DNA of 64,000 nucleotides. Source: a virus. Position numbers and translations under genes: made by a program. The stretch covers positions 77,878-141,877 of the IMG/VR virus record IMGVR_UViG_3300005542_000007, one strand, 5' to 3'. Of this stretch, positions 39,686-48,633 are shown in pieces. Each line of letters starts with the position of its first letter. Position 1 is the stretch's first letter. The notes under the pieces were generated by a model. It saw only the letters and a program-made list of their open reading frames with translations. It was not told the origin of the DNA and did not search any database.

Positions 39686-39691
39686 GTTCAT

Positions 39692-40864
39692 TTGCGATCC
39701 CTCTACCTTTTAGCAATTCTCATTTTCTTTAACCAGGGCATTGGCTCTCTTGCTGCCCAACCTCTCTACTACTTCCTTCGGGAAACACTTGGAATTGGCA
39801 TTCCCACAATTATGATGCTTGGGGCACTTGCCAATCTTCCCTGGCTGATTAAACCCGTATGGGGATTCCTCAGTGATTCATTCAGCATTTTTGGATATCG
39901 TAGGAAGAGTTACATTATTTTGTTTTCTCTTTTAGGGACGGTTTCTTTTCTTCTTATCGGTCTTTCACCGTTTATTTCCCTTCCCGTTCTTGTCGGTCTG
40001 ATGATTTTAGGGTCGATTGGAGAAGCGGGCGGGAATGTAGCCGTAAATGGTATGGGGGTAGAAGAGGGAAACAAGGATGGAACGACAGGTAAGTTTCAGA
40101 GTGTTTGTTGGGGAGCATTGGGTGTGGGTTCCGTTCTTACTGGAGTTACGGGCGGTTACATAGCGGAAAAAGCCTCATACCACCTTGCTTTCGTTATATT
40201 GGCTCTTTTCCCTATCCTGATTGCTGTAATGGCCCTCCGGCATCCAGAGCAGAAAGCAGAAGCTTCACATAAAGCTGTAGGACCCATAATTAAAGACTTT
40301 CTAATAAAATTAAAAAATAAGCAGATTTTCCTTTGCAGCTTGTTTTTATTTTTCCTTTGGTTCAGCCCCTCTTTTGGAACACCCCTTTTGGACAGGATGC
40401 GAACAGTGCTCCACATGTCAAAAGTATGGATTGGCTGGCTTGACACGATTGGGTCTGCTTGCGGAATTGTCGGAGCTATGGTATACTTTAAAGTGAGTAA
40501 GAGTATAAACATGAAGCGTTGGTTGTACTACGGAACGGTCTTAAGTGCTTTGGCTACGTTTGCGTATTTGTACCTGACACCCACCACTTTGTTTTGGTAC
40601 ACAATAGTGTTTGGGGTAGCTTCACAGTTCATTCATTTGTTGATGCTGAATCTTATGGCGATGACTTGTCCAGAGGGAACGGAAGCAACCACGTATGCTT
40701 TGCTGTGTTCCCTTGTTAATTGTGCATCTTTCTTTTCTAATTTGGTTGGAGCTAAATGCTTCGCTCTATTTGGGTATAACGGGTTGATTATTATTTCAGG
40801 AGTGACAACGCTCATGTGTTTGGGATTCATTCCGTATCTTGAGGTAAACAAAAATGTCTTGTAA
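39692..40864 (+). CDS. MFS transporter, BT1 (folate/biopterin)-like
   Basis: LPWLIKPVWGFLSDSFSIFGYRRKSY and CPEGTEATTYALL motifs, about 12 TM segments. Confidence 0.82.
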   Translation: MRSLYLLAILIFFNQGIGSLAAQPLYYFLRETLGIGIPTIMMLGALANLPWLIKPVWGFLSDSFSIFGYRRKSYIILFSLLGTVSFLLIGLSPFISLPVLVGLMILGSIGEAGGNVAVNGMGVEEGNKDGTTGKFQSVCWGALGVGSVLTGVTGGYIAEKASYHLAFVILALFPILIAVMALRHPEQKAEASHKAVGPIIKDFLIKLKNKQIFLCSLFLFFLWFSPSFGTPLLDRMRTVLHMSKVWIGWLDTIGSACGIVGAMVYFKVSKSINMKRWLYYGTVLSALATFAYLYLTPTTLFWYTIVFGVASQFIHLLMLNLMAMTCPEGTEATTYALLCSLVNCASFFSNLVGAKCFALFGYNGLIIISGVTTLMCLGFIPYLEVNKNVL

Positions 40865-41146
40865 CTGTTACGATTGTCAGTATAAAGAAGAGCTTTATTT
40901 ATTGAAAGCTTCGCAGGTAGCACGACAACAACGGCTTGATATGGTCCTTCAAGAATTAGAAAAGGATCATTGGAGATTTGAAAAATATGCAAAATAGAAA
41001 GTGTGATTTTCCTCAGACCCCGGAATTTACACAATGTTCTAAAGGTGAATTGCGTAAGTTGAAAATTCTAGGAAATACCATTGGAGTATTTTGTCAGCTT
41101 CACTATCATGTAATGCAATTAATCGTATGGCTGAAAATGAAAAAAC

Positions 41147-42538
41147 ATGCAAAATAAAGAACTCGAATATAATTTTCTGAAGCACGTTCTTACCGATCCC
41201 AAATGTGTCCTGAAGGTGCAGGAACGTGGAGTTGACGAGAGCTTCTTCGATATACCGACAGTCTCTAAGCTCTTTGGAATCACCATCCGGTATTTCCAAG
41301 CTTACAGCGTACTTCCAACCTCTGCCGATGTTGAGTTGGTCCTTTCTTCCAGCAAATATACAGCAAACTTAGGCGATGATTTTAAAAAACAAATCGCGGT
41401 CCTCTTCTCCGAAGTGTCAATCCTTTCCAATCCTCCAAATTTTGATCTTCTCCTCGACGAGTTGATTCAGTACCACAAAACTAATTTGTTCCAGCAATCC
41501 TTGTTTGCTGCTACTGAAGCTCTCACCAACAACAGTACGGATAAAGCGATTGAAGCGGTTAAGAAGTCGCTTGCCTCCATCGATAAGATTTTTGCTTCCA
41601 ATTATGATTTGAACGGCAGCATCGAAGATAATGCGAAACCCCTTTGGGACCAGTTTTTGGATGCAGAGCAACATCCAGAAAAGTACAAGGGAATCAACGT
41701 AGGGTTTGATGGATTTGACAAACTCACTGGTGGATTGGTTGGTGGGACAGTTACGTTAATTATCGGCGGATGGAAAAGTGCAAAATCCGTTCTCTCAATG
41801 AATATGGCGCACAACGTTGCGACAAGTGATTTTGCAACTAAGAGGGTTGGCAAGCGAGTGTTGTACCATGTTAACGAGGGGCGGTTCGAGTTGAACCAAG
41901 CTCGTCTTGCCTCCTGCGCCACTGGAATCAATTATACCAGATTGAGCAGAGCTTTGAGGGGCCGCGTTATCTTTACCCAGGCAGAAAGAGATTTGTACGA
42001 AAAGTATTTAAAGGGAGATGAATTTAAAGAGTTGCGTCACAACCTCATTATCGATTCAGCACCTCCTATCGTTAGTTCCGCTCGTTATGTTGGAGCAAAG
42101 ATTAAAGAACACAAACCAGAGTTTGTTATCATCGACTACTTGGGGCTTTTAGGAACGGACCAGAGAGTGAAAGACGATAATGAGAAATTGGGTAAAGTGT
42201 CATCTGAAATTGTAGGGTTGGCAATTGAACACAACGTACCTATTATCCTGATTGCTCACGTCAATAGGAAAGCGAAACAAGCAGCCGATAAAAATAACGA
42301 GGATTATGACAGCGAAGATATGGGATTGAGTATCGAACCGATTAAGAACGTGGACGCTGTTGTATCCTGGAGGATTGAAGACCCGGAACAATTTAAGCAA
42401 ACACACAAGGGCATTGGAACGTTGGCAATTAGAGATGCCAGGAACGTAGAGACAGGAACGTGTCAGCTTTTGGTTGACACAAATTCGATGAGTATAAAGA
42501 ACATCATTTATGGTGGGATGGGTGGGCAGCAGCCGTGA
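41147..42538 (+). CDS. dnaB: DnaB-like replicative helicase
   Basis: GF..FDKLTGGL..G, atypical Walker A (GGWKSAKS), IIDYL, IAHVNR. Confidence 0.82.
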   Translation: MQNKELEYNFLKHVLTDPKCVLKVQERGVDESFFDIPTVSKLFGITIRYFQAYSVLPTSADVELVLSSSKYTANLGDDFKKQIAVLFSEVSILSNPPNFDLLLDELIQYHKTNLFQQSLFAATEALTNNSTDKAIEAVKKSLASIDKIFASNYDLNGSIEDNAKPLWDQFLDAEQHPEKYKGINVGFDGFDKLTGGLVGGTVTLIIGGWKSAKSVLSMNMAHNVATSDFATKRVGKRVLYHVNEGRFELNQARLASCATGINYTRLSRALRGRVIFTQAERDLYEKYLKGDEFKELRHNLIIDSAPPIVSSARYVGAKIKEHKPEFVIIDYLGLLGTDQRVKDDNEKLGKVSSEIVGLAIEHNVPIILIAHVNRKAKQAADKNNEDYDSEDMGLSIEPIKNVDAVVSWRIEDPEQFKQTHKGIGTLAIRDARNVETGTCQLLVDTNSMSIKNIIYGGMGGQQP

Positions 42539-42696
42539 GTGATAAAGACAGACCCTGCAAAAACTGTGGAAGACCTGGATATTACCCCGTACATGACATT
42601 GTAGGTAGATGCCCAAATCGCAATTTTTCATATTACGCACCAAAAGACAATCTCGATTACGTCGAGTGGCTTGCAGAGAAGAGAGGATTGGTATGA
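42535..42696 (+). CDS. DNL-tail microprotein 6 (53 aa, not in ORF track)
   Basis: CKNCG...H...C, ending DNLDYVEWLAEKRGLV. Confidence 0.75.
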   Translation: MSDKDRPCKNCGRPGYYPVHDIVGRCPNRNFSYYAPKDNLDYVEWLAEKRGLV

Positions 42697-42813
42697 AGTT
42701 TAAATGCCCAAAAGGACATGCAAGAATGGAGTTGGTTATGGGTGTTGCTGGTGCTTATTGTGGCATCTGTGATAGGATTTACAGTTTTGCACAATTAAAA
42801 AAGGATTAATAGA

Positions 42814-43605
42814 ATGAGTTTACTTAAACACATTTACAATTGGCGTAGGGATCTTCCAGACTGGAGAGATAAACGATACAGGGAGCATCGTTTGCTTGGA
42901 GCGTTGCCTCCCCCACCTCCAATAGTGGATTTGCGTCAACAATGCAGCCCAGTGGAAGACCAAGGACAATTGGGTTCCTGTACATCCTTTGCTTGGGCAG
43001 GAATGCTTGAGTTTCTTGAATTGCAAGCTTTAAATAATAAAGTTGCTTCTCCTGAAATCCTCACCCCAACTTATACGCCCTTCTCCCATCTTTTCATTTA
43101 TTACAATGAACGCTTTATTGATGGGGATGTGAGTCAAGATGGTGGATCACAATTGAGGACAGGAGCACAGGCTGTTGCAACTTATGGAGACTGTAGTGAA
43201 CCCACTTGGCCGTATCAGATTGAACAGGTATTTGTTAAACCCTCTGATGTTGCTTTTGCTGAAGCAGCTAATCACAAAATCAGCGTCTACTCCAGGCTGG
43301 AATCGGCTGAGGATTACAAAGCGTGTTTAGCTGAAGGATTTCCTTTTGTATTTGGTGCGACCTTATACGAGAGTTTTGAAAGTGGAGTTATAGCTTCCAC
43401 AGGTATTGTTCCAATGCCTTCAATGAACGAAAGTGACATTGGTGGACACGCAATCCTTTGTGTTGGGTACGATGAAACAAAGCAGCATTATATTGTGCGT
43501 AATTCTTGGGGAACGGGCTGGGGCGATAAAGGGTATTGTTACTTTCCAATGGAATATATGGAAAACCCAGACCTTTGTTCAGATATGTGGACGGCAAGGA
43601 AATAG
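42814..43605 (+). CDS. Papain-like C1 cysteine peptidase
   Basis: DQGQLGSC, GGHAILCVGY, RNSWG..WG..GY. Confidence 0.92.
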   Translation: MSLLKHIYNWRRDLPDWRDKRYREHRLLGALPPPPPIVDLRQQCSPVEDQGQLGSCTSFAWAGMLEFLELQALNNKVASPEILTPTYTPFSHLFIYYNERFIDGDVSQDGGSQLRTGAQAVATYGDCSEPTWPYQIEQVFVKPSDVAFAEAANHKISVYSRLESAEDYKACLAEGFPFVFGATLYESFESGVIASTGIVPMPSMNESDIGGHAILCVGYDETKQHYIVRNSWGTGWGDKGYCYFPMEYMENPDLCSDMWTARK

Positions 43606-43606
43606 A

Positions 43607-43804
43607 ATGGAAGATTGGAAACTTCCTTGCACTTGTAAGCACAATAAAAATGCCCACCGAGGATTTCGTAGTATATATGGAGAATTTCATCGTACAGGTT
43701 GTAGACACAAATATTCTGATTTTTCAAGTTGCATTTGTTTTGGATTCAAACTCGACAACCTCAAACTAATAGAAGACTTAGCGAAAGAAAAAGGTTTGGT
43801 ATGA
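43607..43804 (+). CDS. DNL-tail microprotein 7
   Basis: CTCKH...H...C...CIC, ending DNLKLIEDLAKEKGLV. Confidence 0.78.
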   Translation: MEDWKLPCTCKHNKNAHRGFRSIYGEFHRTGCRHKYSDFSSCICFGFKLDNLKLIEDLAKEKGLV

Positions 43805-43965
43805 CCGATTATTGCATGTGTGGGCACATGCAGTACAAACATCAAAAAGCTGAACGTTTTAACACAAATGGATTGTTTTATTGTTTTGATTGCGACTGTA
43901 TGAAGTACAAACTCGACAATCTAAGATTTATTGAAGACGAAGCGAAAGAACGAGGGCTTGTATGA
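43801..43965 (+). CDS. DNL-tail microprotein 8
   Basis: CMCGH...H...CFDCDC, ending DNLRFIEDEAKERGLV. Confidence 0.78.
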   Translation: MTDYCMCGHMQYKHQKAERFNTNGLFYCFDCDCMKYKLDNLRFIEDEAKERGLV

Positions 43966-44480
43966 AAACCTGCCTTGAAGTAATTGAAGAATATGGAATC
44001 GAACTTAAAGATTTGGGAAAAGACTTAGCTCGTGGATACTGTAAAATCCATAATGACGTTGCTAGTGGAAAGCCTCAGTTCACCTACTATAAAAATAACG
44101 ATTCTTGGTTCTGCTTCCGTTGTGGGATAGGTGGAGATGCAATACGACTTGTTGCCGAGATGGAACACATTTCGTATGCCGAAGCCAAGAAACGATTAGT
44201 AGGAACAGAAGCCGAACAATTAGAAGAGTTGAGGGAGACGCTTGATAGTTTGGATGTTGACATCAGCCAAAGCTACAACCTCCAGCTTAATTTAACTCTC
44301 CGTCCTAAGTTCCGTGATCTTCTTTATAAATACCCAGAGCATCAGCAAGATATTTTAAACGCGATGAAAGCTCTCGATGAAGAGTTGAAGAATAAAATTA
44401 ATTTTACTAAGATGGGCGAATTATTTGAACGATTTAAATTATTCAGTGAGCAGATAGTTGCAGAATCAAGCAGGGTATGA
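43962..44480 (+). CDS. Stand-alone primase CHC2 zinc-finger protein
   Basis: CKIHND...WFCFRCGIGGDAI..V...E. No TOPRIM domain. Confidence 0.8.
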   Translation: MKTCLEVIEEYGIELKDLGKDLARGYCKIHNDVASGKPQFTYYKNNDSWFCFRCGIGGDAIRLVAEMEHISYAEAKKRLVGTEAEQLEELRETLDSLDVDISQSYNLQLNLTLRPKFRDLLYKYPEHQQDILNAMKALDEELKNKINFTKMGELFERFKLFSEQIVAESSRV

Positions 44481-44492
44481 TATAGTTGGTGT

Positions 44493-44696
44493 ATGGAAGA
44501 ATTAGGTAGAAGAGATTGGGAACTTCCTTGTATTTGTGGGCATATAAATAAAGAGCATCGACATATGAACAGGGAAGCAGATCGATGGAAATATACAACT
44601 AAAGTTTGTTGGAGCAAGTATTGTATTTGCTTTGAATTCAAACTCGATAATCTCGCATATGTCGAGCAGGTAGCCAGAGCTAGAGGATTGGTATGA
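44493..44696 (+). CDS. DNL-tail microprotein 9
   Basis: CICGH...H...C...CIC, ending DNLAYVEQVARARGLV. Promoter TTGCAG-17-TATAGT at 44458-44486. Confidence 0.78.
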   Translation: MEELGRRDWELPCICGHINKEHRHMNREADRWKYTTKVCWSKYCICFEFKLDNLAYVEQVARARGLV

Positions 44697-44890
44697 AAGA
44701 ATTTAAGATTCAAAAACGCTACAATAAAAGCGTGAAGCTTTCTGACGGCTCCTACCACAGTTTTGGAACAGAGCTTGAAACGACTGTGAATGTATCCAGT
44801 GGTGAAGAGCTTTTAGCTGAAAGCAATAAGCTGTTTGGACAATGCAAGTTTCTTGTTGAAGAAGATATTAAAAATACATTGGGACAATAA
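44693..44890 (+). CDS. Hypothetical protein
   Basis: Coupled ORF. Confidence 0.5.
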   Translation: MKEFKIQKRYNKSVKLSDGSYHSFGTELETTVNVSSGEELLAESNKLFGQCKFLVEEDIKNTLGQ

Positions 44891-45190
44891 ATGTCGAACC
44901 TTAAAAAGTGGACACAGAAAGACGGTACGAAGATTCGAATCAAAGATATGACGGATAAGCATTTGGTTAACGCCGCGAAGATGCTTTTAAGAATGGCAGA
45001 AGCAGAAAAGAATGAAACATTGGGTTACTATCCATCTTTTAATCCAGATTCAATGGCAGCATATTACTCAGAACAATCATGGGATAATTTAAATGAGATG
45101 GATATCCAAGAGTATGCCGAAATGGAATACCCAATATTTAACGATTTGCTATGGGAAGTGTATAGGAGAAAATTGGAGAATAAAATATGA
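44891..45190 (+). CDS. Hypothetical phage protein
   Basis: WTQKDG..I.IKDMTD.HL.N motif. Confidence 0.55.
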   Translation: MSNLKKWTQKDGTKIRIKDMTDKHLVNAAKMLLRMAEAEKNETLGYYPSFNPDSMAAYYSEQSWDNLNEMDIQEYAEMEYPIFNDLLWEVYRRKLENKI

Positions 45191-45717
45191 AACTTTTAAC
45201 TGAAGCTGAAATGCAGGAACGTCTTGGAGAAGTGGCTACGTCCAGGGTTGCCCTTGACCCAGACCCAACAGTTAATGGCGTACTTTCACTCAATAAGAAG
45301 CTGGCTGAAATTCAATTGTTTAAAGACCGTTTAAGCTATTTGATTACGGAAGCGTTGCACAATTCAAATACAGCCGAGGTGTTATTTGAAGAGCTTAAGG
45401 GCGAACACGACCGCGCCTTGGAAGTACTTCTCGCAACTGATTCGACCGTGCAAGCTCAAAAATCTGCCGAGATGCGAAACGCCACCGCGAAGCAAAAGAT
45501 CGCTGAACAGGTTCTCAGACTTCATCACGCTGAAATTGATTTGCTTAAAGCTCAGGGATATTTGAAAGTTCTCCAGTCAATTCATTTGAATCTGGAAAGT
45601 TGCAACTCTAATTTGTCAAGGCAAATTACCGTGATCCAGCTTGCGACTGGAATGGGCGAAATACAAAGATCTGCAAACGGAATACAACCAGCAGGACAGA
45701 TAACAAAAACGTATTAA
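45187..45717 (+). CDS. Coiled-coil protein (possible UvsY-like recombination mediator)
   Basis: Helical, close to SSB and RecA. Confidence 0.4.
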   Translation: MKLLTEAEMQERLGEVATSRVALDPDPTVNGVLSLNKKLAEIQLFKDRLSYLITEALHNSNTAEVLFEELKGEHDRALEVLLATDSTVQAQKSAEMRNATAKQKIAEQVLRLHHAEIDLLKAQGYLKVLQSIHLNLESCNSNLSRQITVIQLATGMGEIQRSANGIQPAGQITKTY

Positions 45718-45718
45718 G

Positions 45719-45910
45719 ATGCCAAGGCTAAAAGGTAGCAAAGATAAGAAACCGAGAAAGAGTAGAGGTAAAGATAAGTTGTGCTCAAAAGGACACGATA
45801 TATCTGTTGTAGGGCGTAACTCAAGTGGGCATTGTAATGAATGCCATAAGGAATATTACCAGAAACGTTGGGAATTTATTAAGCAGAATTTTAATGAAAA
45901 GCAACCTTAA
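45719..45910 (+). CDS. Basic stand-alone CxxGH-CxxC zinc-finger protein, copy 1
   Basis: CSKGHDISVVGRNSSGHCNECHKEYYQKRWE. Confidence 0.7.
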   Translation: MPRLKGSKDKKPRKSRGKDKLCSKGHDISVVGRNSSGHCNECHKEYYQKRWEFIKQNFNEKQP

Positions 45911-45976
45911 AAGTATAATAAAATGTGGTATTATTAGGACGTACTATACGTCCCACTATTATAATTTTAAGGAGAA
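45906..45976 (+). promoter_or_regulatory. Repeated promoter-hairpin leader, copy 1
   Basis: CTTAAAA..ATAATAAAATGTGGTATTATT, then GGACGTA-cta-TACGTCC, then RBS. Confidence 0.65.
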
Positions 45977-45981
45977 CTAAA

Positions 45982-46824
45982 ATGGGTATGTTATTAAATA
46001 TGGTTGGACAAAGATACGTTAGATTGGCAGTTAAAGCTTTCAGTCATTTGGATGATAATGGCAATTCATACTGGCTTTGCAGGTGTAATTGTGGAACAGA
46101 AAAGATTATTCAGCGTAGTAATTTGTTGGTTGGTAACGCCAAATCCTGTGGGTGTTTAGGCCGAGAAATCCATTCCAAACTTCACAAAGTCCATGGAATG
46201 TCTCACACGCCAGAACACAAGGCTTGGGGTTCTATGATTGAACGTTGTTATGATGTAAATAATCCACGGTATAAGGATTACGGTGGAAGAGGAATTACAA
46301 TTTGTAAAAAGTGGTTGGAGCCGCAAGGAATTGGATTTATGAACTTTTACGAAGACATTGGGCCTAAGCCGTCAAAAAGACATAGTTTGGATAGGAAAGA
46401 TAACGAGGGTAACTACGAACCTGGGAATGTTAAATGGTCAACTCCAAAACAACAAGCTAGAAATACACGAATGTCTACACAAACCAAAAATAAAGCGGAG
46501 CATAAGTATCAGAGAAGTCGTTTAATGTCGTTTTTAAATAAGTTGGTAAGTGAAAAAGTGTTTCCTCAATTGTTTGAAGAAAACTTTGGAATTTCGGTAA
46601 GCGGGTTCAAACAATACATCGAATCCAAATTTCAACCAGGAATGACTTGGAAGAATCATGGTAGAGGTGTTGGAAAATGGCAGTTCGATCACATCATCGG
46701 TTGTAACAATTTTGATTTGAGCAAAGAAGAAGATCGTAAGACTTGTTTCAATTATACAAATTTCCAGCCCTTGTGGTGGGAAGAACACAAACATAAAAAT
46801 AAGAAATTACTTAAAATACAATAA
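45982..46824 (+). CDS. HNH homing-endonuclease-like protein with two nuclease-like domains
   Basis: WLCRCNCG, YGGRGITIC..W, SLDRKDNEGNYEPGN, plus MTWKNHG..WQFDHII...NYTNFQPL. Confidence 0.8.
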   Translation: MGMLLNMVGQRYVRLAVKAFSHLDDNGNSYWLCRCNCGTEKIIQRSNLLVGNAKSCGCLGREIHSKLHKVHGMSHTPEHKAWGSMIERCYDVNNPRYKDYGGRGITICKKWLEPQGIGFMNFYEDIGPKPSKRHSLDRKDNEGNYEPGNVKWSTPKQQARNTRMSTQTKNKAEHKYQRSRLMSFLNKLVSEKVFPQLFEENFGISVSGFKQYIESKFQPGMTWKNHGRGVGKWQFDHIIGCNNFDLSKEEDRKTCFNYTNFQPLWWEEHKHKNKKLLKIQ

Positions 46825-46842
46825 CTAAGGAGAACAACAGTC

Positions 46843-47493
46843 ATGCTTTCAACAATTACAAAAGGTGAGTATAAGAACGATCCAATTCCCGACAATGTTT
46901 ATTTGGCGAAGCTTTTAAACGTTAAGGAGAAGCCAGCCCCGGAAGCGCACCCAGATTGGTACCCTTCTTTAAGCTGGACATTCGAAATCCTTCAAGACCC
47001 ATTCAAGAAACGCCGAGCGTGGGGCAAAACGCCGACCTCATGGATTGCCGGAAAGAAACTTGACAATTGGTTGGTTACATGTGGAATTAACGTGGCCAAA
47101 GGTACAAGCCTTAAGATTGAAGATCTGAAAGACATTTACGTGAAGATCTTGGTTAAAAGCAAACCATACGATGATCCACAAACGAAAGAGAAGAAAACGT
47201 TCCAATCAGTAATTGAGCTTCTTCCTTTGGATAGTTTGGATCAGATTAAGATCAGAGAGTTGGCAATGACAGCACCTCCTTCCGCTGTAGGAATGCAGCC
47301 AGTTGCTTCACAGCAACCTACTATTCCTGTGTCCCAGACCACAACAGGATTTGTGGTTCCAATGACAACCTCTTCCCCCGTATCTAATGTTGTTCCTGGG
47401 CCAGTAAGTGCTCCGGCTACTTTTTCACCACAACCGACATTTACACCAGCGCCCCAGGTTACAGGTACGCCGAGTAGAACGATACCGTTCTAA
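46843..47493 (+). CDS. Probable single-stranded DNA-binding protein
   Basis: OB-like N-terminus (PIPDNVY...WTFEI), low-complexity tail ending IPF. Confidence 0.6.
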   Translation: MLSTITKGEYKNDPIPDNVYLAKLLNVKEKPAPEAHPDWYPSLSWTFEILQDPFKKRRAWGKTPTSWIAGKKLDNWLVTCGINVAKGTSLKIEDLKDIYVKILVKSKPYDDPQTKEKKTFQSVIELLPLDSLDQIKIRELAMTAPPSAVGMQPVASQQPTIPVSQTTTGFVVPMTTSSPVSNVVPGPVSAPATFSPQPTFTPAPQVTGTPSRTIPF

Positions 47494-47496
47494 CGA

Positions 47497-47664
47497 ATGG
47501 AAGAGAAGTGCATTTGTAAGCATTTAAGAAGCAGCCATTGGTGGCATTACAAAGAAGACGGTAGAACGAAAAAGCCTTGCTTATCTTGGTGTCCTTGCAA
47601 AGGATTTGCTTTAGATAACTTGGAATATATTGAACGATTAGCCAAGGAGCATAATTTAATATGA
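47497..47664 (+). CDS. DNL-tail microprotein 10 (55 aa, not in ORF track)
   Basis: CICKH...H...C...CPC, ending DNLEYIERLAKEHNLI. Confidence 0.78.
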   Translation: MEEKCICKHLRSSHWWHYKEDGRTKKPCLSWCPCKGFALDNLEYIERLAKEHNLI

Positions 47665-48632
47665 GTGAACAAGCCGACCTTAAAAAGTTTTTAGCCGCAC
47701 TCTCCAAAACCCATGAAATAATTATCAGTCAGATCAAGGATATGGAAAGACCCGTTATTGAAGCCCTTCCCAGTGGATCTTTCACAATCGATCACGCTAT
47801 GGGAATTGGTGGGTATCCTCGTGGCCGTATTATTGAAATCTTTGGTCAACCTTCTGGCGGGAAGACAACTGTATCGTTGCTGGCGATTGCGGAGACACAG
47901 AAGAATGGTGGGACTTGTGCATTCATTGATGTGGAGCACTCTTTGGACTTGGATTGGGCAGCAAAGCTGGGCGTTGATGTTCCCAAGCTTATTTTTACCC
48001 AGCCAGATTCAGGTGAACAAGCCCTTAATGTGGTAGAAGAGTTGGCAGGTAGCGGGTTGGTTGATTTGATTGTTTTGGACTCCGTAGCGGCCCTTACACC
48101 ACAATCAGAAATTGATGGAGAGATTGGCGACCAGCAAATGGCAGTGATGGCTAGGATGATGGGGCAAGCGTTGCGTAAGTTGGTTCCCGTTGTCAGTAAA
48201 TCTAAGAGTGCTTTAGTGTTCATCAATCAGGTTAGGGAAGGTTTAAATCCCTATGGAGAGAAAGAAGTTACCCCAGGTGGTAAGGCTCTAAAATTCTTCA
48301 GTAGTATTCGCTTGTCAGTTAAGAAGATGAGTGGGTCAGACATTAAAGATGGTGAGAGGATTGTTGGGCACAGGATTGAAATTAGCGTGAAGAAGAACAA
48401 AGTAGCTCCTCCATTTCAGAAGGCAGAACTTACATTGAACTTCCTTAGTGGGATTGATAGAGTTGACGAGTTGTGTACCCTCGGGTTAATGACAGAAGTT
48501 ATTACGCAAGCAGGGCCCATGTATAGAGTTGGACGGGTTACTGCTAAGGGGTATGACGATCTCGTTGGGCAGGTTCGTCCAGATTTAGAATTGCAGAAAG
48601 AGATTTGGAAAGCGATTAAGGAGAAGAAATAA
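47661..48632 (+). CDS. recA: RecA recombinase
   Basis: GGYPRGRIIEIFG..SGGKTT, FIDVEH, DSVAAL, FINQVR, GGKALKF, KNKVAPPF. Confidence 0.96.
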   Translation: MSEQADLKKFLAALSKTHEIIISQIKDMERPVIEALPSGSFTIDHAMGIGGYPRGRIIEIFGQPSGGKTTVSLLAIAETQKNGGTCAFIDVEHSLDLDWAAKLGVDVPKLIFTQPDSGEQALNVVEELAGSGLVDLIVLDSVAALTPQSEIDGEIGDQQMAVMARMMGQALRKLVPVVSKSKSALVFINQVREGLNPYGEKEVTPGGKALKFFSSIRLSVKKMSGSDIKDGERIVGHRIEISVKKNKVAPPFQKAELTLNFLSGIDRVDELCTLGLMTEVITQAGPMYRVGRVTAKGYDDLVGQVRPDLELQKEIWKAIKEKK

Positions 48633-48633
48633 C

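Noticed and set aside
40987-41157. Possible frameshifted small ORF (MQNRKCDF / SSDPEFTQC...FCQLH...)
   Set aside because: Too short to distinguish a pseudogene, a sequencing error or chance.
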